From an uncultured Verrucomicrobiae bacterium (lineage in GTDB: Bacteria; Verrucomicrobiota; Verrucomicrobiia; Chthoniobacterales; JAFAMB01), in NCBI GenBank assembly GCA_963762565.1, contig CAVXLD010000001.1:1312001-1376000 (forward strand): a DNA stretch of 64,000 bases, in the 5' to 3' direction. The notes under the pieces are model-generated. The model saw only the letters and a list, made by a program, of their open reading frames with translations. It was not told where the DNA came from and did not search any database. This document shows, piece by piece, positions 35,806 to 46,289 of the stretch. The stretch's first letter is position 1. Each line of letters starts with the position of its first letter. The translations under genes were made by a program, and so were the position numbers.

Positions 35806-38800
35806 CTAACCCAGCACACACCGAAAGCCGTAATTATCCCGGCGGCTAGTGGGCGTATCGTCGCGACGATGCGACAATAGCAGATCGTCAGGATGTTCAT
35901 TGAGCCAGGAAGCGCCTCGGAGCACTCGGCGAAACCGGCTCGTGTTGTGCCAGTCTTCACACCATTGCCAGACGTTCCCTCCCATATCATGAAGACCGTA
36001 ACGATTGGGCGAGAACGCGCTGACCGGACTCGTTCTAGGGTAACCGTCGTTATAGCCCGAAATCACGGGCCAACTGGAACGACCACCCTTCGTTTCTTCA
36101 CCGCAAAAATTGCCCGACCCGGGCGGCGGCGGCCAACCCAACCCCCAGGGATACACCTTGATTTTTCCTTTCTTCTGTTCCGGTGTATTTCCGGGCTCTG
36201 TGCCCAGGCCAACGGCATTGCTCCATTCCAAATCGGTCGGCAATCGGTAGCTCATGCTAGCAGGCAACAATCCCAAACCTCGTTCTCGGTTGGTCAACCA
36301 ATTACAAAAAGCCAGGGCATCGTCCCAACTCACGTTCACCACCGGATGATCCGGACCCTGCTTAAAACCAGGCTCTCTCCATTTGTCAGAGGTTTGATAA
36401 TCGCTGTGCTCAACAAATTGTTCGAAGTCTTGCAAGCGGGTATCCCAGATGCAGAAACAGACTCCGGCTACGGGCACGAATCTCATACCGAGGCTGTTTT
36501 CCCACGGTTTTTCTTTCGTTGCGCTTAGGCTGGGATGACGATCAAGTTTCGGCAGTTCGACCGGCGGTGGCGCCGCAGTCCGAACCGGAGTTGGCGCTGC
36601 CGGCTGAACCGGCGGTTGCTCGACCATAGCCGGTCGACCGGGGACGGGAAGGTTACTGGCTGGCGGCGGCGTTTTCACGCTTCGCGACGGTTGCTCTGGA
36701 ACTGGGGTCGCCGTTCGCTCTGGATGCGGATACGGAGTTGCGGGCATACCCCCGGTTGATTCGATGCTCTCCCGGAGCGCTCGCCAGAAATCCTCACAGT
36801 CAACAAATGGGTGATCGGAACGCGTACACGCTCGATGCAGGACGGCATTGCCCGCCTCGTTTAGGGCGGAGAGAGGGGTGTACTTCGGCGGGATTCCTCC
36901 GGTGTCAGCCAGAGGATGGCCGCTGAGCAGCTCGTAAATGAGGCGACCAAATAAACGGACTGCCTTCACCCCGCGAATCCCGGTTTCGGCCTGAGTTAAC
37001 GACAAGATTCGGCTCGAAGGGATGAGCGTCTGGTTACCGCGCGATTGCCGGTTATGGAGGATCAAAGGCCCGAGGCTAAGCGGATTCAATTTCACTTCGC
37101 ACCGGTCCCAATCCTCGATGTTATTCTGACCCAGAGTAGAAAAAGCGCCCGGATCGATATCGCCCGGGCAGTTGACAAATATCTTTCGAGCGCTGACGTC
37201 CACGAGACCGAGACCGTGTTCGGCTATGAAATCTAAGGTCGCTGCTATCGGTTGCAGCAGCTTCATCACTTCCGCGATTCGACAGGCCCGCCTCCAGCGG
37301 AGTAGATCGTAAAGAAGAAATCCATGTACCCATTCTCTTACCAGGAACGGCGTCGAGACCTCGTTCTCGAAACTGAAATAGCGGAGAACATGCGGATCGA
37401 TCGCGCCGCGAATAGCGCCGATCTCGTTGTCGACCCGGTTCATCAGGCTGACGTCCGATGCGATGGTCGGATGCAATAGTTTCAGCGCTACGCCGGCTGG
37501 TTGACGGCCAGTCACCTTTTCATCCTTTGCCAGAAAGAGGCGGCCGCCGATTCCTTCGCGTATCTCCTTTATAACCAAGTAACGCTCCGCTAAGACCGCA
37601 CCCACACTCACCTTCCGATAGCCGTCGGATTGACCTGGACGAACCGCTGCTTCGGGCGATCCAAATTGAACCTGAGGAGAGCCCGCTTGCCCTGAGCCTG
37701 CCGAATCGGCCGGGATGAAGGTTAGTTCCGAAGCGGATTGTATCCTTGAACTTGTCGAAAGTGACCGCCCGATCCTTGTCGCAGCCGGCTGACCGGGAAG
37801 AGCGGCAATCACTTTTTCAACGGCTTCTTGCAGTTCATCCGGCGTTTGTGGACGCTCTATTGGGTCCTTCGCCAGCATCCGCCGCAGAAGGTCTGCAACG
37901 GCTACCGGGACACTCTCCAGGTCACTCCAGGGCGGCGCTTTCACAGCATGCGCAACCAACAACTGGCCAACTGTCCCTGTGAAAGGGAGCTTCCCCAAAA
38001 GCAGGTACCAAAGTGTGACGCCGAGCGAATAAATGTCCGATCGAGTGTCCAGGGAGCCGTTCATTTCACATTGTTCAGGACTAGCAAAGGCGGGGCTGCC
38101 TACGAAGTCCTGGGAGTGAGTAATTTGGCCCGCATCAGAGTCAGACGGATCGGTTAACCTGGCCAAACCGAAATCAATTAGTTTGACCTCTAGATCGCCT
38201 AAACGGTTGGCCCGGGTCATGATGTTCCCCGGCTTGATATCGCGATGGATCAGTTGATGGGACTGAGCGGCCTCCAAGGCTTGCGCTACCTGATGCGTGA
38301 CCAGCAACGCGTCCCTTGGACTCATGGGACCGCGGCCGCGCACGTAGCGCTCGAGATCTTCTCCCTCTAAAAATTCCATCGCGTAGAAGTAAGCATCTCC
38401 CTCTTCCCCAAACTGGAAGACCGTGGCTACGTTCGGGTGCACTAGTTTGGCGGCTGCTTTGGCCTCCCGAAGGAATCGCTGCCTCGCTTTGGTGCTTTTT
38501 AGTAACTCGGCAGCAATTAGTTTGAGCGCCACCGGCCGATCCAAGGTGGTATCGATCGCCTTGTAAGTAACGCCCATACCACCCTGACCCAACCGATACA
38601 GGGATCCATCGGGTTTTCGCAAAATGCGGAAATTGGCAAAAGTCTGGGCCTGCGCTGAGGCCGCCGGATGGGCTTGGCCCGCAGAATCGCCCTCCGCAGC
38701 AGGTTCCTCCTCGGATTTCAACAACTCCTTGATGTGCCGCAACAGATCAGGAAGATGCGCTTCCAAAGGACTTTCGAATCCGTCAACCAGGCGCTTTTCC

Positions 38801-39105
38801 CAGAGAAAATAGGAAAGGTCATCGGCGGGCTGAACCGGCTCAACTCGGAACGCAAGCAATGGGAGCTTAAAATGGGCAGCGGTTTCAAGCTGTTGACGGA
38901 CCTCTGCCGAGCGGTTCGATTGCTGGCTCAAAATCAGCAAAAAGACCCGCGCGTCCCGAATCGCTTCACTACCGCGACTGGTCAAGGATTCGACCGGCGC
39001 CAAACCAGGATTCGAGAGGAAGCATTTCAGGCCGTTGTTCTCCAAGCTTGCCCGAACGGCTTCTCCAGCCGCTTCATCTTGAGTCGCGCAACAAACAAAA
39101 ACCAT
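35806..39105 (-). CDS. TIR - Ser/Thr kinase - pseudokinase - Pro-rich linker - FGE-sulfatase domain protein
   Basis: TIR-like N-terminus; LGQGGMG, VALK, HRDIKPGN, DFG, SPE; second VALK lobe lacking HRD/DFG; HPVVNVSWDDA, RLPT..EW, DMGGNVWQW, YGFRCVL. Confidence 0.9.
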   Translation of the reverse strand: MVFVCCATQDEAAGEAVRASLENNGLKCFLSNPGLAPVESLTSRGSEAIRDARVFLLILSQQSNRSAEVRQQLETAAHFKLPLLAFRVEPVQPADDLSYFLWEKRLVDGFESPLEAHLPDLLRHIKELLKSEEEPAAEGDSAGQAHPAASAQAQTFANFRILRKPDGSLYRLGQGGMGVTYKAIDTTLDRPVALKLIAAELLKSTKARQRFLREAKAAAKLVHPNVATVFQFGEEGDAYFYAMEFLEGEDLERYVRGRGPMSPRDALLVTHQVAQALEAAQSHQLIHRDIKPGNIMTRANRLGDLEVKLIDFGLARLTDPSDSDAGQITHSQDFVGSPAFASPEQCEMNGSLDTRSDIYSLGVTLWYLLLGKLPFTGTVGQLLVAHAVKAPPWSDLESVPVAVADLLRRMLAKDPIERPQTPDELQEAVEKVIAALPGQPAATRIGRSLSTSSRIQSASELTFIPADSAGSGQAGSPQVQFGSPEAAVRPGQSDGYRKVSVGAVLAERYLVIKEIREGIGGRLFLAKDEKVTGRQPAGVALKLLHPTIASDVSLMNRVDNEIGAIRGAIDPHVLRYFSFENEVSTPFLVREWVHGFLLYDLLRWRRACRIAEVMKLLQPIAATLDFIAEHGLGLVDVSARKIFVNCPGDIDPGAFSTLGQNNIEDWDRCEVKLNPLSLGPLILHNRQSRGNQTLIPSSRILSLTQAETGIRGVKAVRLFGRLIYELLSGHPLADTGGIPPKYTPLSALNEAGNAVLHRACTRSDHPFVDCEDFWRALRESIESTGGMPATPYPHPERTATPVPEQPSRSVKTPPPASNLPVPGRPAMVEQPPVQPAAPTPVRTAAPPPVELPKLDRHPSLSATKEKPWENSLGMRFVPVAGVCFCIWDTRLQDFEQFVEHSDYQTSDKWREPGFKQGPDHPVVNVSWDDALAFCNWLTNRERGLGLLPASMSYRLPTDLEWSNAVGLGTEPGNTPEQKKGKIKVYPWGLGWPPPPGSGNFCGEETKGGRSSWPVISGYNDGYPRTSPVSAFSPNRYGLHDMGGNVWQWCEDWHNTSRFRRVLRGASWLNEHPDDLLLSHRRDDTPTSRRDNYGFRCVLG

Positions 39106-39195
39106 ACTGTGCCGATTCGACGTCCGGACGCCTTATACTCGGCTGCCGGCTTCACCTCTGGCTATATACTAGTAGCGGGTATCGTCGCGAAATAC

Positions 39196-40215
39196 TCATT
39201 TGTGCAGAAAATCTTCGAGTGCTTGATGAAATTGGTCCGTCGCCTCCAGATGCGGGATATGGCCTACGCCGGGAATCTCCACCAATTTCGCACCCGGAAT
39301 TTGAGTCGCCGCCTTTCTCGCCAGTTCGGCCACGTTTCCAAGGTTACGCCGCAAGTCGATCGGTGCTCGGTCCTTTCCCACGGCAGTGTGGTCCTCTTGA
39401 CCGACAATTAAAAGGGTTGGGACTTTTATCTCGGCGAATTCGTAACAGATGGGTTGTTCATAGATCATCAAATCCGTCAGTGCGGCTACCCGAGCCCAGC
39501 GCGGGAAGTCACCGCTCAAAGTCACCCCTATACGTGGTTCAACATAAATCTCGGCTTTTTCCGGGGGATAATGCACGAAGTAGCTTTGTACGTACTTGCG
39601 ATAATCCTCCAAACTGGTGTTCAGCTCTCGCTGATAAAGCGATTCCAACGGGGCCGGTGGTACGACCAATCGATAGTCCTCCAAGCCAATGGGATCTTCC
39701 AAAACCAGCGCCTCAGTTCGCCCCGGATAAAGGCGCGCAAACCGGATCCCGAGCATCCCACCCATCGAATGGCCCACTACCACCGCTTTCGGTATCCCTA
39801 ACAGATCGAGGAGACCCGCTGTGTTCTCCGCCATGAAATCGAAGCTATAGTGAAGGTCGGGTTTCGAGGATTTGCCGAATCCAATTTGGTCCGGAACCAC
39901 AACCCGGTAGCCGCGATCGGTCAGGAACTTGATGGTATCGCTCCAGTAAGCGCCCCAGAAATTTTTGCCATGTAATAGCAGAACAGTTCGTCCATTAGGA
40001 TTTTTGGGCGGCTGTACATCCATGAAACACATCCGCACATCCTGGCCTTCCACATGAAGGTTTAGGAATGCCGTCGGATAAGGATATTTCAGGTCCTCAA
40101 AACAGGTCCCAAGGGGGGCGTCGTAATGATCCGGCAGCGATTTTTCCTGACCTAAAGCCGGACCCGCGGGTGATAAGAGGACCAAGGAAGCCAGAAATAT
40201 CCAATTTCTTCTCAC
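39196..40215 (-). CDS. Secreted alpha/beta hydrolase
   Basis: LLHGKNF, PDQIGFGKS, GHSMGG, GHIPH; GTG start at 40215 chosen because the longer ORF starts in a repeat. Confidence 0.92.
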   Translation of the reverse strand: MRRNWIFLASLVLLSPAGPALGQEKSLPDHYDAPLGTCFEDLKYPYPTAFLNLHVEGQDVRMCFMDVQPPKNPNGRTVLLLHGKNFWGAYWSDTIKFLTDRGYRVVVPDQIGFGKSSKPDLHYSFDFMAENTAGLLDLLGIPKAVVVGHSMGGMLGIRFARLYPGRTEALVLEDPIGLEDYRLVVPPAPLESLYQRELNTSLEDYRKYVQSYFVHYPPEKAEIYVEPRIGVTLSGDFPRWARVAALTDLMIYEQPICYEFAEIKVPTLLIVGQEDHTAVGKDRAPIDLRRNLGNVAELARKAATQIPGAKLVEIPGVGHIPHLEATDQFHQALEDFLHK

Positions 40216-40243
40216 GGCCTTATAAGAGGACGAACCGAGAGGA

Positions 40244-40322
40244 ATGACAAATGACAAATGACAGATGACAAATTACCGAGGGCGGTGGCTCAATTTGTCA
40301 TTTGTTATCTGTCATTTGTCAT
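40244..40322. repeat. Inverted ATGACAR heptamer arrays, 4+4 units with 23-nt centre (empty)
   Basis: ATGACAA ATGACAA ATGACAG ATGACAA / TTGTCAT TTGTTAT CTGTCAT TTGTCAT. Confidence 0.9.
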
Positions 40323-40386
40323 ACAATCCTAGTCCCCCAGTGAGCGGCGCCCATCGCAGGACGCGGAGCCGCCGATGCTCCGGACC

Positions 40387-41805
40387 CTATAACAGCCTCG
40401 GTTCTTGATTTTCGTCTTCGAGTTTCAAGCTGGAGATTTCGGGGAGGGATGTGCTGCCGATAATGCCCTGTAGATCACCGTACATTCCAGAGAGGCCATC
40501 AATCACCGTCTCGATCTGTTTCTCTCTTGCGCCCCAGTGTTTGATGAGGGCACGTTTTTCCCGATCCAATTGTTCCTTCATCCCCACAAATGTCCTCAAT
40601 ATGGCGTTTACCCTCTCTCTGAACTCCGGGCCGGTTAGATAACGATAAACGACCTCCATTTTTGTATCTCTGCCTTGAGCCGATAACCGAGCGAAGGTTA
40701 GGGCTATTAATTGTTGCCGAAGTGTGGACGCGAGAATCGGCCAAACCGTGAGATCGCAAATCCAAAGACCATCGATTGAGCCAAAATGCTTGACCCCTTC
40801 CGGCAAAACTGTCGAAACCAGAACTCCAAATTCTGATTTGTTGGCGATCATATCGCTTCGCAGTTTCTCCAGCCATCTCGGATTCCAGTTCTGGGCGTTC
40901 TTCGTTTCCCAGGTTATTGAACCGCAGAGCCGCCCATCCGGCGACAGAACGTGTTGAATCACGTCCGCGCCAAACACCCCTTTTGAGATCGGCTCGATCC
41001 GGTCTGATCCGAAGCGGTGGGCTAACTCGCGTTCCAGGATCAGTTCAAGCACTTCTCCTTGAGTTTGCTGTGAGCCTTGAGTCATTCTTCGGCGAAGGTC
41101 CTCCGCCACCTGCTTCGCGTCGTCCCGTTGCTTCTCCAATTCCCGCTGTTTTAGCCGCAACGATTCCAGTTCTTCCTCAAACCGTTGCTTCATCTCCTGT
41201 TCAGCTTTTAGCAGCGCTTCGGCAGCGGCAGCCTGGCGGGCGTCACTGGAAGCTTTTACTAAGGCTTCCTGATGGCTCAGTTTCAATTCTTCGATCGCTT
41301 GTCTCAGATTAATCTCGGCCGCGTTCTTCTGCGTTAACTGGCTCCGAATCTCCTGTATCAACTGGGTTTGCCCATCCAACTGATCCTTGAGGATTTGTTC
41401 GCGAGTTTTTGCCCGCTGCAACTCTTCAGTGCGAGCTGCTTGGCTGATCGCTTCTCGCTCCGCCTCGATCTGTTTAGCCAGATTGATCGCCTGTTCCGCC
41501 CTCTCCTTTTCGAATTTTGCCCGCTCAGCCAGCAGCGTCCCTTCCCGGTTTCGCCAACTGGTAATCTCCTCGGCTAGTTGGTGAAGTTCCCGTTCCAGCG
41601 TTTTTTCTCGCTCCGAAAATTCGCGGCCAATCTGATCCCGGGCCCGGGCTAGCTCTCGTTCCTGCTCTTCGGACCACTCGCGTTGCATCCGGTGAATCGT
41701 GGATTCGGCTAGGCCTTCGCGTAGAGGAAACCGGTGCCCGCTGTCCTCTGGACACACGACCTCCTGTTTCAGGCTTATGCGAATCGGTTCATCTTCAGCG
41801 GGCAT
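40387..41805 (-). CDS. DUF2130-domain coiled-coil protein
   Basis: Long coiled coil, then QGSQQTQGEVLEL, GADVIQ, WETKNAQNW...WLEKL, MYGDLQGI. Confidence 0.88.
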   Translation of the reverse strand: MPAEDEPIRISLKQEVVCPEDSGHRFPLREGLAESTIHRMQREWSEEQERELARARDQIGREFSEREKTLERELHQLAEEITSWRNREGTLLAERAKFEKERAEQAINLAKQIEAEREAISQAARTEELQRAKTREQILKDQLDGQTQLIQEIRSQLTQKNAAEINLRQAIEELKLSHQEALVKASSDARQAAAAEALLKAEQEMKQRFEEELESLRLKQRELEKQRDDAKQVAEDLRRRMTQGSQQTQGEVLELILERELAHRFGSDRIEPISKGVFGADVIQHVLSPDGRLCGSITWETKNAQNWNPRWLEKLRSDMIANKSEFGVLVSTVLPEGVKHFGSIDGLWICDLTVWPILASTLRQQLIALTFARLSAQGRDTKMEVVYRYLTGPEFRERVNAILRTFVGMKEQLDREKRALIKHWGAREKQIETVIDGLSGMYGDLQGIIGSTSLPEISSLKLEDENQEPRLL

Positions 41806-41911
41806 AGCGTAGGCCTTCGGGAGCGGAAGGCTGTGGTAAAATACGGCACCTTGAAAATTGTTGCCAACTTTTGCCGCTTTTCCGGTGTAGTGGGAGAAAC
41901 AAGGAATGATT

Positions 41912-42652
41912 ATGACGAACCGACCTGTTTTTGCGTTGCTCCTCTTGACCCTGTTCAGTTTTCCATTGGCGATCTGGGCCGGGCAAGTCACTAAAGTCGA
42001 GAACTACAACTATCCGCTGGCCAATGGAGGCAAGTTTACGATCGAGGACGCAAATGGAACGATCGCGATTGGTTCCTCGGACCGGAACAACGTCGAAATA
42101 ACCGCCACCAAACATGCCGAAAGTCAAACTGACTTGGACGCAATCCGAATCGATATAAAGCAGGGAAACGACTCGATCGAGGTTCGAACCGTCAATCCTC
42201 CTGGACTACACAATGGCGGGGTTTCCTATCAAGTCGTGTTACCGAAAGATATTGGTCGCCTTCTGGCCAAGACGGCCAATGGGAGCATCTCAGCGGAAGG
42301 CATCGATGGTGATGTAACCATGAAATCCGAAAATGGCGCGATCACCGCGACTAGCCTCAAGGGTTCCTTCTCCCTCGATACCACAAATGGCTCCATCAGC
42401 GCCGTCTGTACTGATTTAGCAGGCGACGGCCATCTTCGCACCACGAACGGATCTATCACCCTGGCTCTCCCAAAGTCTGCCGACGCTTTAATCGAGGCAG
42501 GCACCACCGTCGGCCGAATCAGTTCGAACCTACCCGCTAATAAGGTAAACAAAGGAATCGTAGGAGAGACTCTTGAGGCGAAACTTGGCGCCGGTTCTCA
42601 TCGTTTAGAGGCGAAAACCACGAACGGGAGCATTCGGTTAGAGGCCCGTTAA
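41912..42652 (+). CDS. DUF4097-family beta-repeat secreted protein
   Basis: Signal peptide; repeated T(T/A)NGSI motifs. Confidence 0.88.
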   Translation: MTNRPVFALLLLTLFSFPLAIWAGQVTKVENYNYPLANGGKFTIEDANGTIAIGSSDRNNVEITATKHAESQTDLDAIRIDIKQGNDSIEVRTVNPPGLHNGGVSYQVVLPKDIGRLLAKTANGSISAEGIDGDVTMKSENGAITATSLKGSFSLDTTNGSISAVCTDLAGDGHLRTTNGSITLALPKSADALIEAGTTVGRISSNLPANKVNKGIVGETLEAKLGAGSHRLEAKTTNGSIRLEAR

Positions 42653-42731
42653 AGAAGAAAATATCGCAAGGGGATGGTGATCTGAGGCGGTTTCCGAGTT
42701 AGACTTGAGAACCTCAGGTAACGACCCTGGC

Positions 42732-44856
42732 ATGTCGCCACGCCCTGCGATCTTCATCTCGGCCGTTAGCTGCGAGCTGAGAAGCGCCCGGCAGCTAGTA
42801 GCCAATACCCTAACCTTTTTGGGCTACGACTCCGATTGGCAGGAAATCTTCGGCACAGAAGCAGGCGACCTGCGGTCAATGCTGCGTCGCCACATCGACT
42901 CCTGCAAAGGCTTGGTACAATTGGTGGGCGAATGCTACGGCGCTGAACCGCCCACGACGGACGATCAATTCGGCCGGGTCAGTTACACCCAATACGAAGC
43001 GCTCTACGCTAGCAGCAGAGGAAAGAGAGTCTGGTATCTCTTCCTTGACGAAAGTTTTCCTACCGATTCGCATGAAACGGAGGTAGCCGAGAAACAGGAA
43101 CTACAGAAAGTGTATCGAGATCGGCTGAAAGCCGATGCCCATCTTTACCATTCACTCAGCACCAAAGAAGGTCTGGAAAACAGCGTGCTCAAGCTGCGAG
43201 ACGACCTTACTCGTCTGCGACGCGGCGTTAAACGATGGGCAGCGTCAGTTGCGATACTGCTTTTGGCCAGTGTCGGTCTAAGTCTGTGGCTGTTAGAGAG
43301 TCAGCGCCAAGCAAATCAACAACAGGAGCAGGCGAATCAACGGCTCGATGCCCTCCAGGCACGACTCGATAAGCTGCAAGAAGGCGTCAATTCCTTTGCC
43401 GAGGTGCAGAGCAAGGTAAGCCGCGAACAGCCTGGCCAAAAATCGGAGCAACTGGAGGACCGCACTTACGAAGAGCTCGGCAAGCAGCTGGGACTGGATC
43501 CCGTCGCGCTGAGAGAACAACTGCCTCGTTTCGCCGAACAATTGAGAAAGTCTCCTAACGCCAGCATGTACGAGCGAGCCAACGCAGCGTATGTCGCCAA
43601 GGACTACAGCGAAGCGGAAAGACTTGCACTGGCTGCAGCCGATGAGGCTCAACGTGCCAGTCCGCCTAAGAACTCCGAGGCGATCCGAGCTTTTGAACTG
43701 GCTGGTTGGTCTGCGGAGAAGCGCATCGATTATGTGGATGCTTTAGCCCGTTTCCAAGACGCCGAGAAGCTAACAGATCGCACCCGCGACCCATTGGAAT
43801 GGGCTCGAGTGCAGTTCGGCATCGGCATGGTCCAGTACGATCGAGGGCAAAATAGCGATGCCGAGAGCCTTTGCCGCGAGGTGTTGAAGGAACGTGAACG
43901 CGTGCTTGGTCCAGAACATCCCGACAGCTTGGCGACACGCAGCCAGCTGGAAAACGCATTGTATTACCAAGGTAAATATGCGGAGGACGAAGAGGTGATT
44001 CGGGTACTGCTCGCACTCAAAGAAAAGGCGCTCGGTCCAGAGCACCCTGACACCCTGAAAGCCCGCAACAATCTTGGAGCTTTATTCTTTGCCGAAGGTA
44101 AATATGCCGATGCCGAAACCGAGTTCCGCGCCGTGCTCAAGCTCAAGGAAAAAGTGCTCGGCCCGGAGCATCAAGACACACTTGGTACCCGCAACAATCT
44201 AGCCAGCACTCTTGCCGCCGAGGGAAAATATATTGAATCGGAGACGCAGTTTCGGGCTCTGGTGAAGTTGGACCAGAAAGCGTTCGGCCCAGAACATCCC
44301 AATACGTTGTCCACCCGCGGCAACTTGGCAGAACTCCTGGATAAAGAAGGCAATCTGCCGAGGCGGAAACCGAAGAACGAGAGGTGCTGAAGCTCGACGA
44401 GAAAGTTTTGGGACCCCAACATCCGGATACACTAGATACACGGGCAAATCTGGCTGCCGTGCTCCTCCATCAAGGAAGGTATAGCGAGGCGGAGACGGAG
44501 GAACGACAAGTCTTCAGCCTCGAAGAGAAATTGCGCGGCCCCGAACATCCTAGCGCGCTGGATACGCGCAATAATCTGGCTAACGCGATCGCGGAGCAAG
44601 GCAGGTATCCTGAGGCAGAAACTGAATATCGAAACGTCCTGACGCTTAGAGAGAAAGTACTCGGCGTCGAACATCCGGACACGCTGGAGACTTGTTTTAA
44701 TCTTGCGAGTTGTTTGCGAGCTGAAGGCAAAACATCGGAAGCAAAGGCATTTGCTCAACGCGCAGCGGATGGCGCCCGGAAAACCTTGGGGCCCGAACAC
44801 CCCGATACGAAGAAAACGAGCAACTGCGAGAGGAGCTGTTTGCTAAACAAGAATAA
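42732..44856 (+). pseudogene. DUF4062-like domain + TM + 42-aa TPR repeats, broken by two apparent 1-nt deletions
   Basis: IFISAVS.EL..AR and SYTQYEA N-terminus; LGPEHPDT repeats continue across a frame change near 44352; second shift near 44816. Confidence 0.8.
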
Positions 44857-44942
44857 GCCTAAACAACAAGCAAGAGCTTAACCGCAGATGAACGCAGATT
44901 AACGAACCGTGAATGGATGCGAAAGAGGAGTCGGCCCAGCGC

Positions 44943-46073
44943 CTACACGATTACCAGATCAACATCGGGCAATTCACGCATCAGGATTTCGTGCATCGAG
45001 CCACCGACCAAATGAAATTTTCTCGGTTTTGGCCGGCCTAAAATAACGTGGGTAATCCCGTACTCTTTGGCGAAAGAAACCAAGGCTTGGGCGACGTTAT
45101 CGTGCTTCAACGAGATAACCAATCCGCCCATTTTTTGAGCGGTCTCCAAAGTGTCAGCCACTCGCCGCTGAACAGCCGCGTCGATGCGTACCGCTGATTC
45201 TTGAGGGGTCCGAACATAAACCGCATACCATTCGGCGTTCAATTGGGCGGCCAGTCGCGCCGTCTTACGCAATAATCGGCCGGGGTCCGGCCCTTGGCTG
45301 CTGACCGCCACCATCACTTGCCCCAGAGCATTGACATTTGGTCCTTGCTCAGCCGCGATCCGTTCCTTCCGGTCAAGCAAATTGGCGGTTTCGCTCAGCG
45401 TCATCTCCCGGAGCCGGGTAAGATTCTTAGTCGTGAAAAAGTGGTCTAGAGCAGCCGAGATACGCTCATTCGGATAGATCTTTCCTGCTTGTAACCTCTC
45501 TTGCAGGTCTTCAGCCGGCAAATCGACGTTCACGACTTGATCGGCGCGCGCGATAATCTCATCTGGAACCCGTTCCTTCACTCGGACCCCGGTCGCATCT
45601 TCCACTACGTTATAGAGCGACTCAAAATGCTGGATGTTGACCGTGGTAATGACATTGATCCCTTCCCGTAGCAGGTCTTCTACATCCTCGTAGCGTTTCC
45701 GGTTCCGGCTTTGAGGAGCATTGGTGTGGGCAAGTTCATCAACCAGCGCCACGGTCGGTTTCCGCCGGATAACGGCATCAAGATCCATCTCGCTTAAAGT
45801 GATGCCGTGATATTGGGCGACCAGCGGCGGCACGATCTCCAAATCACCTATTTGCGCCTGAGTCTCCGGCCGCTCATGCGGTTCTACATACCCGATGACC
45901 ACGTCGATGCCACGCCGTTTCAGGCGGTTGCCTTCGATTAACATCTGGTAGGTTTTGCCGACTCCAGGGCAGGGTCCTAAATAGATCTTCAATTTGCCGG
46001 TCTGTTGCTGCCGGATAATCGAAAGAAACTCGTCTGCGCTAGGCCGCAGCTTATCGTTTTCGACCGTTGCCAT
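44943..46073 (-). CDS. kdpD: Stand-alone KdpD N-terminal sensor + Usp domain (no kinase part)
   Basis: GKLKIYLG.CPGVGKTYQML, ALVDELAHTN, TTVNIQHFESL, LRE. Confidence 0.93.
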   Translation of the reverse strand: MATVENDKLRPSADEFLSIIRQQQTGKLKIYLGPCPGVGKTYQMLIEGNRLKRRGIDVVIGYVEPHERPETQAQIGDLEIVPPLVAQYHGITLSEMDLDAVIRRKPTVALVDELAHTNAPQSRNRKRYEDVEDLLREGINVITTVNIQHFESLYNVVEDATGVRVKERVPDEIIARADQVVNVDLPAEDLQERLQAGKIYPNERISAALDHFFTTKNLTRLREMTLSETANLLDRKERIAAEQGPNVNALGQVMVAVSSQGPDPGRLLRKTARLAAQLNAEWYAVYVRTPQESAVRIDAAVQRRVADTLETAQKMGGLVISLKHDNVAQALVSFAKEYGITHVILGRPKPRKFHLVGGSMHEILMRELPDVDLVIV

Positions 46074-46150
46074 GAGTTAGGTAATAGATACCCGATCAAA
46101 ACCATAAACTCTAGCCAGAGGTTGGCCGGACTTTCCCCCGGAAGAACGAC

Positions 46151-46251
46151 AGTGGACTCGAGTGGACGTAGTAGACAGGAGTGGACACCGACCGCGGGGC
46201 GGCAGGGACGGACTCTGTCCACTCAGTCAACTGTTGTCCACTAGGTCCACT
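46151..46251. repeat. Inverted pair of 9-10-bp AGTGGAC arrays between kdpC and kdpD
   Basis: AGTGGACTCG AGTGGACGT AGTAGACAGG AGTGGAC / GTCCACTCA GTCAACTGTT GTCCACTAG GTCCACT. Confidence 0.85.
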
Positions 46252-46289
46252 GGTGTGTGCAAGCGCGGGGTATGTTCGGAGGCCGGGCG

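Noticed and set aside
33239..36500. Diversity-generating retroelement (Avd-like gene about 2 kb from an FGE/CLec-domain gene)
   Set aside because: No reverse transcriptase and no template-repeat copy of the FGE 3' end seen in the window; remote targeting cannot be excluded.
38668..39836. Long antisense ORFs (247 and 262 aa) and many similar shadow ORFs
   Set aside because: They lie opposite well-supported genes in GC-rich DNA and have no motifs.
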